The position numbers and the translations under genes were made by a program. The notes beneath the pieces are model-generated. The model was not told the origin of the DNA. It saw only the letters and a list, made by a program, of their open reading frames with translations, and did not search any database. Source: Elusimicrobiota bacterium (GTDB lineage Bacteria > CAYTYR01 > UBA6262). From it: a stretch of DNA of 64,000 nt. Shown piece after piece: positions 8,422 to 19,830 of the stretch. Each line of letters opens with the position of its first letter. The first letter of the stretch is position 1. The stretch is from the NCBI GenBank assembly GCA_003153935.1, contig PMCA01000004.1:19933-83932 (forward strand), read 5' to 3'.

Positions 8422-10608
8422 ATGAGGACACCACGTATGAATCCAGATAAGGCCCCGTCTTTTTCTCTGGGAGCGGTTAGTGATCTTTTAATAAGTCTGC
8501 AAGCCACCCTAAAGTTCAGCCGTCTTTATCCGCTGCAACATCCACTACTGACCGGAGCCGTGAACCGGCTAAAAGATAACATCAACAAATTCTTTTCCGC
8601 TAATTCCATCCTGCGCCTGCGCCTGAAACGTCAGCAAATCTATACCAGCGGGAAACTGCTCAACCGCGGTGATGAATTGCTGGAGACCCTGGCCCTGGCC
8701 ATCTACCGGCTGGGTATCCGCGAACTGAGTTTTTACCAGGGGGTGAGCGAAGAGGATCTGCTGAAATTCATCGTGGTAGTCAATATGGACGCCAACCTGC
8801 TGGTGGAAAAGGGCGGGATCGAGAATATTTGGGAAGGCAATAAATTTGATTATATAAAGATAAACGAGACGCTACACCAGGAAGTTTTCCGGATCGGGGC
8901 GTGGGGCCAGGTCCAGAGAGAGGCCCAGCCTGCGAATTCCAAACTGGGAGAAGTGGTCTTGCTGGCCGACTTCCTGGGCGGACAGGAAAAAAATCTGGCC
9001 CGGGATGGCTATAAGTTGTTAGGGGAATTACTGGCCAACCCGGAGAACATGGCCGGCATGCTGCAGGCCCTGGCTCGCAGCGAGCTGAACGATAAGGGCG
9101 GCCAGGAGGCCGTACCGGAGGAACTGGTACAGGAATACGTGATCAGGGCTTTTGGCAAGCTGGTTAACCTGATCCAGCAGCAACCCGCGGAACAGAAGAA
9201 GAATTTCTATCACCAGTTGGCGGCCAGCACGCAGCATTTCGCGCCCGGATTGAAAAATAAATTATTAAAAGAAATAGGTAATGAAGCACTGAAAAACGAG
9301 GCCAGTGGAGAGCTGCTGGCGGAGTTACCATCCCGCGAATTAAATACTATATTACAGGAAAAGCAGGCCTCCGGCTCCAAGGAAGAAGACATGCTGGCCA
9401 TTATTTCCCGGTTGCCGGTGTCTAATAAGGCCAAGAATGAACTATTGAGCCAGTTGAACATCGGCACACAATTCGTAATTCCTGAACAAGTTAAACCGGA
9501 GGAGCCGGAAAAAACGGAGCAAGTGGCGCTCAGCCCGTTGGAATTGGCGGAGATCCATTATCAGCTGCCTCCGAATATCAGCAATATCCTGGCCGAGCTA
9601 AGTTCTTACAACGAAGGGGAACTGAAAGAAATTGAGAAACTCATCCGTTCTACGGAAAAAAATGAGGTGGAAGAGACCGTTTTCGCGGTACTGAGCGAAT
9701 TAATGAACCAGGAAACCGAAGAAAACAAATTCCAGCGGTTGGCTGGAGGCATCGAGAGAAGGGTGCGGCGGTACCTGGATGCCGATGTTTATGACTGGCC
9801 CGTGGCTTACCTGCAAAAGATCAGGGACCGCAGCCAGGATACCACCGGTCCCGCCGCGGTACGTAATTGCCTGCAGGAAATGATGGTGCACCTGGGTGAA
9901 AAAGAGATCATCCAAAAACTGCTGGACAGCATCAGGAAACTGGATAAAGACGAAGCCGGCTACGCCATGATCACCAATTATTTATTTATTTTGCCGGGAG
10001 AAAGCGTGCCTCATCTAGTGGACGCGTTGGCGGTAGAAGAATTACTGGCCATTCGCCGTCTGCTCTGCCAGATCCTCAGTGAAGTAGGTAAGCAGGGCCT
10101 GGGTTACTTATGGGAAAAACTGGAAGATCCTGACTGGCACCTGGTGCGCAATATAACTATGATACTGGGCATGATCAACGACGAAAGAAGTTTCACGCCC
10201 CTGGTTAATCTGCTTAAACATGATAATATGCGGGTCAGGATGGAAGTGATCAAAAGCCTGGGATCCAGCGGCAACCCCCGGGTCCTGGAATGGCTGCTGC
10301 TGGGCCTGAAAGACAAAAATATGCAGGTACGGCAACATACCGTGGAATGGCTGGGTAACCTGCAGGACAAGAGAGCCATACCTACTTTAGTCAGACTGGT
10401 AAAAGAACGCGATCTGTTCGGCGTGCACACCGCCCTGAAAAAGGAAGCGATCATGGCGTTGGGGGTATTGCGGGCGCAGGAAGCCAAACCTCTCCTGGAA
10501 AAAATGACGAAAAAGAGCTGGCTGGATTTCATCCGTTCCCGCCAGTCGTTGCGTGACGAAGCCAAAAAATCCCTGGAATTGATCCTGGGGGCAAAAAAAC
10601 ATGACTGA
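8422..10608 (+). CDS. HEAT-repeat protein with N-terminal LYPxxHP domain
   Basis: C-terminal HEAT/PBS repeats (DPDWHLVRN, DNMRVRMEVIKSLG, DKNMQVRQHTVEWLG). Confidence 0.82.
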   Translation: MRTPRMNPDKAPSFSLGAVSDLLISLQATLKFSRLYPLQHPLLTGAVNRLKDNINKFFSANSILRLRLKRQQIYTSGKLLNRGDELLETLALAIYRLGIRELSFYQGVSEEDLLKFIVVVNMDANLLVEKGGIENIWEGNKFDYIKINETLHQEVFRIGAWGQVQREAQPANSKLGEVVLLADFLGGQEKNLARDGYKLLGELLANPENMAGMLQALARSELNDKGGQEAVPEELVQEYVIRAFGKLVNLIQQQPAEQKKNFYHQLAASTQHFAPGLKNKLLKEIGNEALKNEASGELLAELPSRELNTILQEKQASGSKEEDMLAIISRLPVSNKAKNELLSQLNIGTQFVIPEQVKPEEPEKTEQVALSPLELAEIHYQLPPNISNILAELSSYNEGELKEIEKLIRSTEKNEVEETVFAVLSELMNQETEENKFQRLAGGIERRVRRYLDADVYDWPVAYLQKIRDRSQDTTGPAAVRNCLQEMMVHLGEKEIIQKLLDSIRKLDKDEAGYAMITNYLFILPGESVPHLVDALAVEELLAIRRLLCQILSEVGKQGLGYLWEKLEDPDWHLVRNITMILGMINDERSFTPLVNLLKHDNMRVRMEVIKSLGSSGNPRVLEWLLLGLKDKNMQVRQHTVEWLGNLQDKRAIPTLVRLVKERDLFGVHTALKKEAIMALGVLRAQEAKPLLEKMTKKSWLDFIRSRQSLRDEAKKSLELILGAKKHD

Positions 10609-12070
10609 AAAGAACCTGTCATTTTTTATTAACCAAAATATCTATTCCCTGGCCCATCGCCTGATTAAACAGCTGCCGGCGGCTCTCAAGAGCGCCCAGC
10701 TCTACCCGCTGGACCATCCATATTTTACTCATTCCCTGCAGCTAGTGCAGGGCAGCCTGGAGAGCCTGTTCAAATACCGGCCGGAGGTTACCTTCAGCCT
10801 GGTGGAAAACGAGCTTTATTTCGGCGATATGGCCCTCGTCGAAGACGGCCTGAACCAGCGGCAGTTCATCAGCGAGTTCGAATCACGTAAGATCAACAAC
10901 CTGACGTTCATGGCCGGCGTGACCCGCGAAGAGCTGATGGGTTTTTTCCAGCTCATGAGCAAGGAGGTCGACATCCCCCTTACCGGCGCGGAACTGGCCG
11001 ATAAATTCAAGGAGTTGCATATTACCCACATCCTAGTGGGGGAGGTGGTGCTGTCCACGGTCAGTACCGACCAGGCAAATAGCAGCGGATTTAGTATGGG
11101 CGGGGCCAAGCCGCAATTCAGCAGCATTGAACAGAACAAGGCCAAGGGGGTTTTCTTCGGCAGCATTAACGTCATCAAGAAGATCATGGATGAGACGGAG
11201 AATGACCGTGAATTCACCCTGGGTCAGGTCAAAGACATAGTCGGTGAGATGGTCGGCACAGTGGTTAAGGAAGAAAAATACCTGCTGGGCCTGACCACCA
11301 TCAAAAATTATGACGAATATACATATAATCATTCGGTAAACGTTGCGATCCTGGCCCTTTATCTCGGTAAACTGCTGGGGCTGTCAGGTGGCCAGCTGCA
11401 GGTGCTCGGCGAAGCCGCTATGCTGCATGACGTGGGCAAAGTTAAAATACCCAAAGCCATACTGAACAAGATCGGTGTCCTGACGCCGGAGGAATGGCAG
11501 GTAATGGAACGGCATACAGTAGAGGGCGCGGAAATTCTCAGCCAGATCAGCGGCATTAACGACCTGAGCATCAGCGTGGCCCTGGAGCATCACCTGCATT
11601 TTGACTTGAGCGGCTACCCCAAAGTAACGGAACTCACGGCGGCCAGCGCTTTCAGCCGCCTGGTAACCATCTGTGATGTTTATGACGCGGCCACCAGCCT
11701 GCGGGTTTATCACGCCCCAGTCTTGGGGGCTAAGATCATTGCCTTGATCATCGGTAAAAAAGGGAGTTTTTTCGATCCGGTGCTGGCCAAGGCGTTCGTC
11801 CAGATGATGGGAGTTTACCCGGTGGGCAGCCTGGTCAGGCTGGATAGCGGGGGATTGGCGGTGGTGCAATCCAATAATCTCAAAAATATTCTGCGGCCCC
11901 GGGTGGTATTAGTGGAAGAAACCGAGAAGGCGGGCACGCTGCAAATGGCCGATCTGGACGAGATCGATAAAAAATCCATGACTTTCAAGTATTCCGTGAA
12001 GGAAGTGTTATCACCGGAAGCTTTCAATTTCGACGTTACCAAATATTTTAACAAAGAGAGCGGGGCGTAA
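10601..12070 (+). CDS. HD-GYP cyclic-dinucleotide phosphodiesterase
   Basis: DEYTYNHSVNV, LHDVGK, HHLHFDLSGYP, CDVYDA..SLRVY, FDP. Confidence 0.9.
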   Translation: MTEKNLSFFINQNIYSLAHRLIKQLPAALKSAQLYPLDHPYFTHSLQLVQGSLESLFKYRPEVTFSLVENELYFGDMALVEDGLNQRQFISEFESRKINNLTFMAGVTREELMGFFQLMSKEVDIPLTGAELADKFKELHITHILVGEVVLSTVSTDQANSSGFSMGGAKPQFSSIEQNKAKGVFFGSINVIKKIMDETENDREFTLGQVKDIVGEMVGTVVKEEKYLLGLTTIKNYDEYTYNHSVNVAILALYLGKLLGLSGGQLQVLGEAAMLHDVGKVKIPKAILNKIGVLTPEEWQVMERHTVEGAEILSQISGINDLSISVALEHHLHFDLSGYPKVTELTAASAFSRLVTICDVYDAATSLRVYHAPVLGAKIIALIIGKKGSFFDPVLAKAFVQMMGVYPVGSLVRLDSGGLAVVQSNNLKNILRPRVVLVEETEKAGTLQMADLDEIDKKSMTFKYSVKEVLSPEAFNFDVTKYFNKESGA

Positions 12071-13284
12071 TGAAGAGAAAAATAGAGACCATAATTTTGA
12101 TCATGCTCAGTTTGGTTTGGCTGGTGGCCTTGAAAGAGATACCGCGCGGTAATGAATACCTGAAACTATCGATCGCCGTTGAAAAAAAGATCTACCAGGC
12201 AGGGGAACCGATTACTATCCGATTCCAGTTCAAGAACATAGCCAAGCAACCGGTGGACCTGAATAATTTACAATGGGAAAACGGCGGGGAGATTTTATAC
12301 TCCATAATCGCTCATAATGAACAGGGAGAGGTCCTCGCGCCCCTGGCTAAGTGTTGTCTCCGGCAAGCACCCGGCCCGGATGAAATCCAGGAGATCGGGC
12401 CAGATGATACTTTCACCCGGGAAATTGAACTGAGTAAGGTATTTTCGGAACTGGGTCCGGGCAACTATGAATTGAACGGCATCTATCGCAATTACAAATA
12501 TAACCGGCCTCTGGATAACAAGATCTGGGTGGGGGAAATATACAGTAATTCGCTCAAGATCACGATCAAACGCCTGGGTCAGGACGAACTGGATATAGCG
12601 CTGTCTAACCTGGCGCCTGGCCGGAACACAGATGATCAATTAAAAGCTATGCGGATACTGGCCCTGCACCAGGACGGTCGTGCTATACCCATGTTGAAAA
12701 GGATAGCCATGCAGGATGCCAATCCCAATGCCGGAGAAGCCATCCGGTCGCTGGGATTGACGGGGGAAGAAGCGATCGGCGCCTTGTATTTCCTGATGTC
12801 TAACCTGGACAAAAGTCACTGGCCGGAAATAATTTATGCGCTGGGACTGACCCATAGCCCCAAAGCGCTGGACTACCTGGTGCCGCTGTTACCGACCAAG
12901 CAGGAAGAAAATATCAGCGCCTGGGCCTTAAAAGCGCTGGCAAATATTAAGGACCCGCAAGTGCCGGGACTGCTCATCAGCAAATTAAAGGATCCGCGTG
13001 AGACTATCCGCCAGATCGCGGTGGAATGCCTGGGTAAGAGCCGGGATCCGCAAGCCGTGCCCGTATTACAGGCTATGCTCGAACAGGAATTCCGGGCGAA
13101 TGTGCGCCGCCAGGTAGCTAAAGCCCTCTATTTCCTGACGGGAGAGATCTACGCTTACAAGGATTTCCAGGATAAGATCGCCGCCTTTGACCCGGAGAAA
13201 GATCTCACCACAGAGGAGAAAGACGCAGCCAATGACTATCTTGTCCGATCTCGTCGGCCAGTCAAGTCTGATACGGAAGAATAA
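12070..13284 (+). CDS. Exported or membrane-anchored protein: beta-sandwich-like domain plus HEAT repeats
   Basis: Hydrophobic N-terminus; YQAGEPITIRF...PGNYEL...SNSLKITI; HEAT repeats (LKDPRETIRQIAVECLG). Confidence 0.75.
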   Translation: MKRKIETIILIMLSLVWLVALKEIPRGNEYLKLSIAVEKKIYQAGEPITIRFQFKNIAKQPVDLNNLQWENGGEILYSIIAHNEQGEVLAPLAKCCLRQAPGPDEIQEIGPDDTFTREIELSKVFSELGPGNYELNGIYRNYKYNRPLDNKIWVGEIYSNSLKITIKRLGQDELDIALSNLAPGRNTDDQLKAMRILALHQDGRAIPMLKRIAMQDANPNAGEAIRSLGLTGEEAIGALYFLMSNLDKSHWPEIIYALGLTHSPKALDYLVPLLPTKQEENISAWALKALANIKDPQVPGLLISKLKDPRETIRQIAVECLGKSRDPQAVPVLQAMLEQEFRANVRRQVAKALYFLTGEIYAYKDFQDKIAAFDPEKDLTTEEKDAANDYLVRSRRPVKSDTEE

Positions 13285-14749
13285 GCTCGCCGTCACTTAT
13301 AAGAAGCAAAAACTGTCTTATGCCGAATTGCAACAGCGGATAGACCACCTGGCCGCCGGCTTGGCCGGTTCGTTGGGGCTGGTCCGGGGGGAGCGGGTCG
13401 GAATCCTGCTGAAAAACGGCCCGGAATACCTGATCAGCTATTTTGCCATCCTGCGGGCCGGCGGGATAGTGGTACCGCTGAATACGTTCCTGACCGCGGA
13501 CGAGCTCTTGTATATATTCAATGATTGCCAGCTCAAGGTTCTGATCACCGGTGACGGCTTTATGTCCACGGTAAAGACTATGGCCGCCGCTTACCGGCAG
13601 CCTTTAAAAAAAATAATTGTCGACAAAAAATATGAGGACAGCTTTTACTGGCCGGAACTGATGAACACGACTGCCGCCAGCCCCAGTACCGATGGGATCA
13701 GCGCGGAAGACCTCGCGGTTATCCTTTACACCTCAGGCACGACCGGCTATCCCAAAGGGGCCATGCTTAGCCACCGGAATCTGCTGGCCAATATAGAAAG
13801 CTGCGCCCGGGCCGTTCCACTCAGGGAAAAGGACGTTTTCATCCTCTTTTTGCCCATGTTCCACGCTTTCACATTTACCGTTTGCGTGCTGCTGCCGTTC
13901 TACCTGGGCGCGCGGGTAGTTATATTGGACTCGGTCATGCCGTTCCACCGCGTGATCAAAAGCCTGGTCGTTGATCGCATATCGGTTTTTGTTTCGATCC
14001 CCCTGGTCTATAAACTAATGCTTAAAGCCAGGATACCGTCAGTATTTTTCTGGCTACTGCCCTTGCGCTTGTGCGTTTCCGGCGGGTCGCCGCTGGGCGC
14101 GGAGGTTCAGTCCGCTTTTGAACGAAAATTCAATATCCCTTTACTGGAAGGCTATGGCTTGTCGGAAGCGGCCCCGGTAGTGACTATCAATCCCCTGGAA
14201 GACGTGCGCCGTCCCGGGTCTATCGGCCGTCCGCTACCCGGTGTAGAAATACAGGTAGTGGATGATAACGGGAAACAACTGGGACCCAATGAAGTAGGCG
14301 AGATCGTTGTGCGCGGGCCCAATGTGATGCAGGGTTATTACCGGTCGGAGGAGTTGACCAGCCAGGCCCTGAAAAACAGCTGGCTCTATACGGGTGACGT
14401 GGGCCGGATCAACCAGGATGGCTATGCTTATATAGTGGATCGCAAAAAAGAAATGATCCTAGTGCATGGCATGAACGTTTATCCGCGCGAGGTGGAGGAG
14501 ATATTGCTGGCCCATCCACGGATCGCCGAAGCCGCGGTAGTAGGCAAGAAGGATGAGCATCATGGTGAGATACCGATCGCTTTTATCGTCCCGAAAAGAA
14601 AAGAGAATTTGGCCGTCAAAGAGATCAGCCAATATTGCCGCACGCATTTAGCCGGTTATAAAGTTCCCCGTCAGTTCCGCGTGGTCGAAGCCCTGCCCAA
14701 AACCGCTACGGGAAAAATTTCCAAGAAAGAACTCAGAGAAAAGGCTTAA
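13232..14749 (+). CDS. Long-chain fatty acid--CoA ligase (AMP-binding family)
   Basis: YTSGTTGYPKG, EGYGLSE, YTGD, DRKKE, LPKTATGK. ATG 13232 preferred over TTG 13187. Confidence 0.9.
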   Translation: MTILSDLVGQSSLIRKNKLAVTYKKQKLSYAELQQRIDHLAAGLAGSLGLVRGERVGILLKNGPEYLISYFAILRAGGIVVPLNTFLTADELLYIFNDCQLKVLITGDGFMSTVKTMAAAYRQPLKKIIVDKKYEDSFYWPELMNTTAASPSTDGISAEDLAVILYTSGTTGYPKGAMLSHRNLLANIESCARAVPLREKDVFILFLPMFHAFTFTVCVLLPFYLGARVVILDSVMPFHRVIKSLVVDRISVFVSIPLVYKLMLKARIPSVFFWLLPLRLCVSGGSPLGAEVQSAFERKFNIPLLEGYGLSEAAPVVTINPLEDVRRPGSIGRPLPGVEIQVVDDNGKQLGPNEVGEIVVRGPNVMQGYYRSEELTSQALKNSWLYTGDVGRINQDGYAYIVDRKKEMILVHGMNVYPREVEEILLAHPRIAEAAVVGKKDEHHGEIPIAFIVPKRKENLAVKEISQYCRTHLAGYKVPRQFRVVEALPKTATGKISKKELREKA

Positions 14750-14756
14750 GCAAATT

Positions 14757-17700
14757 ATGTTTGAACAATTAATAAATAAATTTTGCCAAGAGCCCGGGTT
14801 TATCGCTTTAATGACCGCGATCAACGCCGGCGCCAAACCAGCCGTAGCCGGGCTACCGGGAGCCAGCAAGGCCTGGCTGTTGCAGGCCCTGGCCGAGGCC
14901 GGGGGGGAAGCCATTTTGGTCGTCAGCTCTGAAGAAGAGAGCCTGAAAATATACGAAGACCTGTTATTCTTCACGGACTCTCCCGGTCGAGTGGTTTACC
15001 TGGAGGAACGCTTCGCTCACCTGAAAGCGTTGCAACAGATGCCGAAAGACATACCGGGTTTCTTCATCGGCACCAGGGAAACATTCTCCCAAAAAGTGAT
15101 CAGCTCGGAAAAATTCGAAGAACTTTATCTTAACCTTAACCTGGGGAAAAATTACCCCCTGGAAAGATTGTTGCAGACCCTGGCCGCGGGAGGTTACGAA
15201 CGCTCCGCCTTTGTCGAAAAAGAAGGGGATTTCTCCGTGCGCGGCGGGATCGTCGATATTTACGTGCCGTTAGCCGGGAATCCCTACCGGCTGGAGTTCA
15301 ACGGCGATACCCTGGAAAGCCTGAGGGAATTCGAGAGTTTTACCCAGCGCTCCCTGCATGACCTGTCCACGGCGGCCATCCTGCCTTTCCGGGATGAAGC
15401 CGCGACCGCCACCATCTGGGACTATTTTGGCGCAGGCAGCCTGCTGGTCAATAATGAATTACTGCCGGCGGTCGTTACGGGACAACCGGCCCAGGCGTTC
15501 CGGGAACTGAACCTGACCCTGGAACGGACCCCCCGAACCTATATATTTGATTTCCAACCGGTGGAATCCTTTCACGGTTCAGTGGATAATCTCAAAACCA
15601 GGCTGGGCCAGTGGGTGGCGGAAAAAGTGGAAACCTACCTGGTCACGGACAATACCGGCCAGCAGCAGCGGCTACAGGAACTTTTGGGGAGCCAGGCGGG
15701 TCTATATCATATGGCCGTAGGATTGTTATCCGGCGGTTTTGTCTCTCCAGGCTTGCGGCTGGCGCTGGTTACCGATGAGGAGATCTTCGGCCGCTACCTG
15801 GAGCGCAAGTACCTGAGCCGGATCAAAAAACCGAAAACCCTGGGGCTCACCCCGTTCGCTGACCTGAAGGAAAATGATTTCGTCGTGCATGAAAATTACG
15901 GTATCGGCATTTTCAACGGGATAGAACGCTTGACCATCGGCGATAAGGAAGAAGATTTTCTGGTCCTGAAATACGCCGCCGGCGACCGGCTTTACGTGCC
16001 GGTAGAGCAGATGAACCTGGTGCAAAAATATATCTCCTCGGCCGGCCGCCCGGAAGTAAAGAGCTTAAAAATATACCGCCTGGGCAGTAACAACTGGCAG
16101 CGCATCAAGGCCCAGGTAAAGGAATCCACTCTTAAGCTGGCCGAGGAGTTGTTAGCGTTGTACAGCGCGCGCGAAACCGCCAGCGGCGTGGCCCTGGCTG
16201 CCGACGCCCACTGGCAACGGGAATTCGAGGCGGCCTTTATTTATGAAGAGACCCCGGACCAGTTGCAGGCCATTGAAGCTGTCAAGAAGGACCTGGCTAA
16301 GGACCGGCCCATGGACCGGCTGGTGTGCGGTGACGTGGGCTACGGCAAAACCGAAGTCGCCATGCGGGCCGCCTTCGCGGCGGTGAATAATAATAAGCAG
16401 GTGGCTGTGCTGGTGCCTACGACTATTCTGGCCGAACAGCATTTAAACACTTTCCGGGAGCGTTTCGCCGATTACCCGGTTAAGGTGGAAATGCTGTCGC
16501 GCTTCCGCAGCCGGGCGGAACAGCAAAAAACCATCAAAGAGCTGCAAAAGGGTTTGGTCGATATCATCATCGGCACGCACCGCCTGCTGCAGCCGGATGT
16601 TAAATTCAAGGAACTGGGACTGCTGGTCGTGGACGAGGAACAGCGTTTCGGGGTGCGTCATAAGGAAAAGATCAAGCAACTTTATAAGAACGTGCACGTC
16701 CTGACCCTAAGCGCGACGCCGATCCCGCGCACCCTGGAGATGTCCCTGACGGGTATCCGGGACGTCAGCATTATCAATAATCCGCCGGAGGGCCGTCTGC
16801 CGGTCACGACTTATGTCATGGCCTATGACGAACAGGTGGTCAGTGAGGCCATACGCCAGGAATTGAAAAGGAATGGTCAGGTCTTCTTTGTCCATAACCG
16901 CGTGCGGACGATAGATAAATTCACTGAACGCTTGAAAACCCTGTTGCCCGAGGTCAGGATCAAGGCCGCTCATGGCCAAATGGACACGCGGACGCTCGAG
17001 AAGATCATGCTGGACTTCGTGGCCAGGAAGTTCGATGTCATTGTCGCTACCACTATTATCGAATCAGGGCTGGACTTGCCTAATGTCAATACCTTAATAG
17101 TGGATGACGCCACCAGGTTCGGCCTGGCGGACCTTTACCAGCTGCGTGGCCGGGTGGGGCGATCGGCCCGCAAAGCCTACAGTTATTTCCTGTATCCGCC
17201 CAATTACGCCTTCACTCAGGATGCGGCGGAACGTCTCAAGGCGATCCAGGAATTCGCCCAGCTGGGTTCCGGTTTCAAGATCGCCATGCGGGACCTGGAG
17301 CTGCGCGGGGCGGGCAATTTGCTGGGCAAGGAGCAGAGCGGCTATATTTCCCGGGTAGGATTTGACCTGTACTGTAAACTGCTGGCGGAGAATATCCAGC
17401 AGCTGAAGGGAGAGGAACGGCCGCTGGAGATCACGCCCAGCATTAATCTGCAGATAAAGGCTTATGTGCCGGTAAATTATGTGGCGGATGACCTGGCGCG
17501 CATCGAGGTTTATAAGAAATTATCCCAGGTTAGCGGGGAAGAAGAGCTGGCCGACATCGGGACCGAGCTGAAGGACCGCTATGGCCCCGTTCCCGAGGAG
17601 GTGCAAAACCTGATCGAGATCATTGGCCTGCGTTTATTGGCACAACGGCTGCTGATCGAAGAGATCAATGAACGGGAAGGGGAATGGGAACTGCTCTTCC

Positions 17701-17849
17701 ATTCCCGGACCAGGGTCAGCGGAGACACGCTGGTGCGGCTGGCAGCCGACTACCGGGGGCAGGTCCGTTTTGAACCAGGTCCGCCTTTTACCGTGATGAT
17801 AAGAAAGGGGCCCGGGTTGGCGTTAAAAAATGTCTTGCAGAAGCTCTAA
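14757..17849 (+). CDS. mfd: Transcription-repair coupling factor
   Basis: RGGIVDI, CarD-like [47 protein letters not shown]. Confidence 0.97.
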   Translation: MFEQLINKFCQEPGFIALMTAINAGAKPAVAGLPGASKAWLLQALAEAGGEAILVVSSEEESLKIYEDLLFFTDSPGRVVYLEERFAHLKALQQMPKDIPGFFIGTRETFSQKVISSEKFEELYLNLNLGKNYPLERLLQTLAAGGYERSAFVEKEGDFSVRGGIVDIYVPLAGNPYRLEFNGDTLESLREFESFTQRSLHDLSTAAILPFRDEAATATIWDYFGAGSLLVNNELLPAVVTGQPAQAFRELNLTLERTPRTYIFDFQPVESFHGSVDNLKTRLGQWVAEKVETYLVTDNTGQQQRLQELLGSQAGLYHMAVGLLSGGFVSPGLRLALVTDEEIFGRYLERKYLSRIKKPKTLGLTPFADLKENDFVVHENYGIGIFNGIERLTIGDKEEDFLVLKYAAGDRLYVPVEQMNLVQKYISSAGRPEVKSLKIYRLGSNNWQRIKAQVKESTLKLAEELLALYSARETASGVALAADAHWQREFEAAFIYEETPDQLQAIEAVKKDLAKDRPMDRLVCGDVGYGKTEVAMRAAFAAVNNNKQVAVLVPTTILAEQHLNTFRERFADYPVKVEMLSRFRSRAEQQKTIKELQKGLVDIIIGTHRLLQPDVKFKELGLLVVDEEQRFGVRHKEKIKQLYKNVHVLTLSATPIPRTLEMSLTGIRDVSIINNPPEGRLPVTTYVMAYDEQVVSEAIRQELKRNGQVFFVHNRVRTIDKFTERLKTLLPEVRIKAAHGQMDTRTLEKIMLDFVARKFDVIVATTIIESGLDLPNVNTLIVDDATRFGLADLYQLRGRVGRSARKAYSYFLYPPNYAFTQDAAERLKAIQEFAQLGSGFKIAMRDLELRGAGNLLGKEQSGYISRVGFDLYCKLLAENIQQLKGEERPLEITPSINLQIKAYVPVNYVADDLARIEVYKKLSQVSGEEELADIGTELKDRYGPVPEEVQNLIEIIGLRLLAQRLLIEEINEREGEWELLFHSRTRVSGDTLVRLAADYRGQVRFEPGPPFTVMIRKGPGLALKNVLQKL

Positions 17850-17920
17850 CTTTTATGATATAAGCAAAAGATAATACATAGCAAAAAACAGCTATAGTAA
17901 CCACAAAACAGGAGGTTTTA

Positions 17921-18793
17921 ATGAATAAGAACCAAAGGTTTTTGATCTTGGGGGCGGGTTTACTGCTGGCCATGGGCCTGGGGTGTTCGCGTCAGCAGGC
18001 GGTCCTGGCCAATATCGGTTCCAGGGTCATTACCAGTGAAGATTTTATCGGCCGACTGAAACAATTGCCGCCCCAGTACCAGGCCTACATAAAGACGGAT
18101 GACGACAAGAAAAACGTATTAGACGCCCTGGTCAAGGAGCAGTTAGTGGTGCAGGAAGCCAGGGAGAAAAATATAGACAAGGATAAAGCGGTGCAGGCTA
18201 AGATAAACAGCGTGGTCGACCAGATACTTTTGGAAGAAATGATCAAAAAGGTAAGGGAAACCCAGCTTAAGCCGACCGAGGCCGAAGATAAGACTTATTA
18301 TGACCAGCATAGCGCCGAATTTAGCGGGCCGGCCCGTATCAAGGTGGCCCATATACTGGTGAAAGATAAAGCGCTGGCGGATAAATTGCTGGCAGAGCTG
18401 CACCAGGGCGGGGATTTTGCCTCTTTAGCCAAAGAAAATTCCCTGGATCCGGGATCCGGCAAGAACGGCGGCGAGATGGACTTCTTTGCCAAAGGCGAAA
18501 TGGTGCCGGAATTCGAAAAAGCCGCTTTTGCGCTGGAAAATCCAGGCCAATTAAGCGGCGTGGTCAAAACCGCGTTCGGTTTCCATATCATCAAGCTGAT
18601 AGCTAAGCGGGAAGCGGGGCAGAAGACCCTGGATGAAGCTAAGGCCGATATTGAGCGCAAGGTGGAAAAAGAGAAGTTCGATAAATGGTTGGAAGGATTG
18701 AAAACCAAATGGCACGTGAAAGTCAATTACGATAAGTTGAAGCAGGTAAGCTTGCCAGTGGCAGCTGTCCCCAACAACGAAGGAGAAAAATAA
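17921..18793 (+). CDS. PpiC-type peptidyl-prolyl isomerase lipoprotein (PrsA-like)
   Basis: Lipobox GLGC; HILV, FASLAKENSLD, GGEM, MVPEFEKAAF, FGFHII. Confidence 0.9.
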   Translation: MNKNQRFLILGAGLLLAMGLGCSRQQAVLANIGSRVITSEDFIGRLKQLPPQYQAYIKTDDDKKNVLDALVKEQLVVQEAREKNIDKDKAVQAKINSVVDQILLEEMIKKVRETQLKPTEAEDKTYYDQHSAEFSGPARIKVAHILVKDKALADKLLAELHQGGDFASLAKENSLDPGSGKNGGEMDFFAKGEMVPEFEKAAFALENPGQLSGVVKTAFGFHIIKLIAKREAGQKTLDEAKADIERKVEKEKFDKWLEGLKTKWHVKVNYDKLKQVSLPVAAVPNNEGEK

Positions 18794-18794
18794 C

Positions 18795-19820
18795 ATGAAT
18801 AAGATACAGGTAAGAACGATCCTAGTGGCTAGCGCGGCACTGATACTGCTAACCGGCCAGGCCATGGCCAAAGTAGTCAACAAGACCGTAGCTTCGGTGA
18901 ATAATGAAGTGATCACCCTGGAAGACTTTAACAAAAAGACCGCACCCATGCTGGAGCAGTACCGCCGGGTGTACAAGGGCGCCGACATAGAGGATAAAAT
19001 AAAGGATATGAAGAAAGAACTGCTGCAGCAGATGGTGGAAGAAAAAGTGTTGCGGCAGGAAGCCAGAAACGCGAAAATCGTTATCTCCAAGCAGGATATC
19101 CAAAAGGGGGTAGACGAGGTTAAGAAGCGTTTCAATCCGGAAAACGATTTTAAAGAATATAAGGATGAATTAGCCAAACAAGGTTACACGGAAAAGGGTT
19201 TTGAGAACGATATCAAGGAACAACTTATGGTCATGAAATTGATCGAGAAGGAAGTCAAGGATAAGGTCCCTCCGCCGACCGAGGATGAGGTAAAAAAATA
19301 TTTCGAGGACCACAAGGCGGACATGAAGCAGGAGGAACAGGTGAAAGCCAGCCATATCCTGATCCGTTGCGACGAGAAAGCGGACTTGAAAACGCAATCA
19401 GAGGCACTGAAGAAAATTCAGGAGGTCCAGGCTAAGCTTAAAAAGGGCGACGATTTCGCCGCTTTAGCCAAGCAGTATTCGGAAGATCCCGGTTCCAAGG
19501 ATAATGGCGGCGACCTGGGGTTCTTTACCAAAGAGACGATGGTCCCCGAATTTTCCAAAGCCGCTTTCGCCATGAAACCCGGCCAGGTGAGCGATATTGT
19601 CAAAACACCTTTCGGCTATCATATTATCAAAGTGATGGATACTAAACCGGCTAAAATGCTGACCTTGGACGACGAGGTAGGCGTGGGCGGGGAGAAAAAG
19701 GTCAAGGTAAAGGATTACCTGCAGAATATAGTTTACCAAGATAAAATGGAAAAGAAATTTGAAGAGTGGATGAAGGGCCTGAGAGACAAATCTAAGATAA
19801 TTACCAACGAATTGGAGTAG
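18795..19820 (+). CDS. surA: SurA-like chaperone / PpiC isomerase
   Basis: Signal peptide; VVNKTVASVNNEVIT (SurA N-domain); one parvulin domain; surA-pdxA-rsmA synteny. Confidence 0.8.
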   Translation: MNKIQVRTILVASAALILLTGQAMAKVVNKTVASVNNEVITLEDFNKKTAPMLEQYRRVYKGADIEDKIKDMKKELLQQMVEEKVLRQEARNAKIVISKQDIQKGVDEVKKRFNPENDFKEYKDELAKQGYTEKGFENDIKEQLMVMKLIEKEVKDKVPPPTEDEVKKYFEDHKADMKQEEQVKASHILIRCDEKADLKTQSEALKKIQEVQAKLKKGDDFAALAKQYSEDPGSKDNGGDLGFFTKETMVPEFSKAAFAMKPGQVSDIVKTPFGYHIIKVMDTKPAKMLTLDDEVGVGGEKKVKVKDYLQNIVYQDKMEKKFEEWMKGLRDKSKIITNELE

Positions 19821-19830
19821 AATAATATAA

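Noticed and set aside
13187-13231. N-terminal extensions in the ORF track (also 25489, 29212, 53645, 55030, 55332, 61434)
   Set aside because: Downstream ATGs fit SD position or family start better; most extensions overlap neighbours or promoters.
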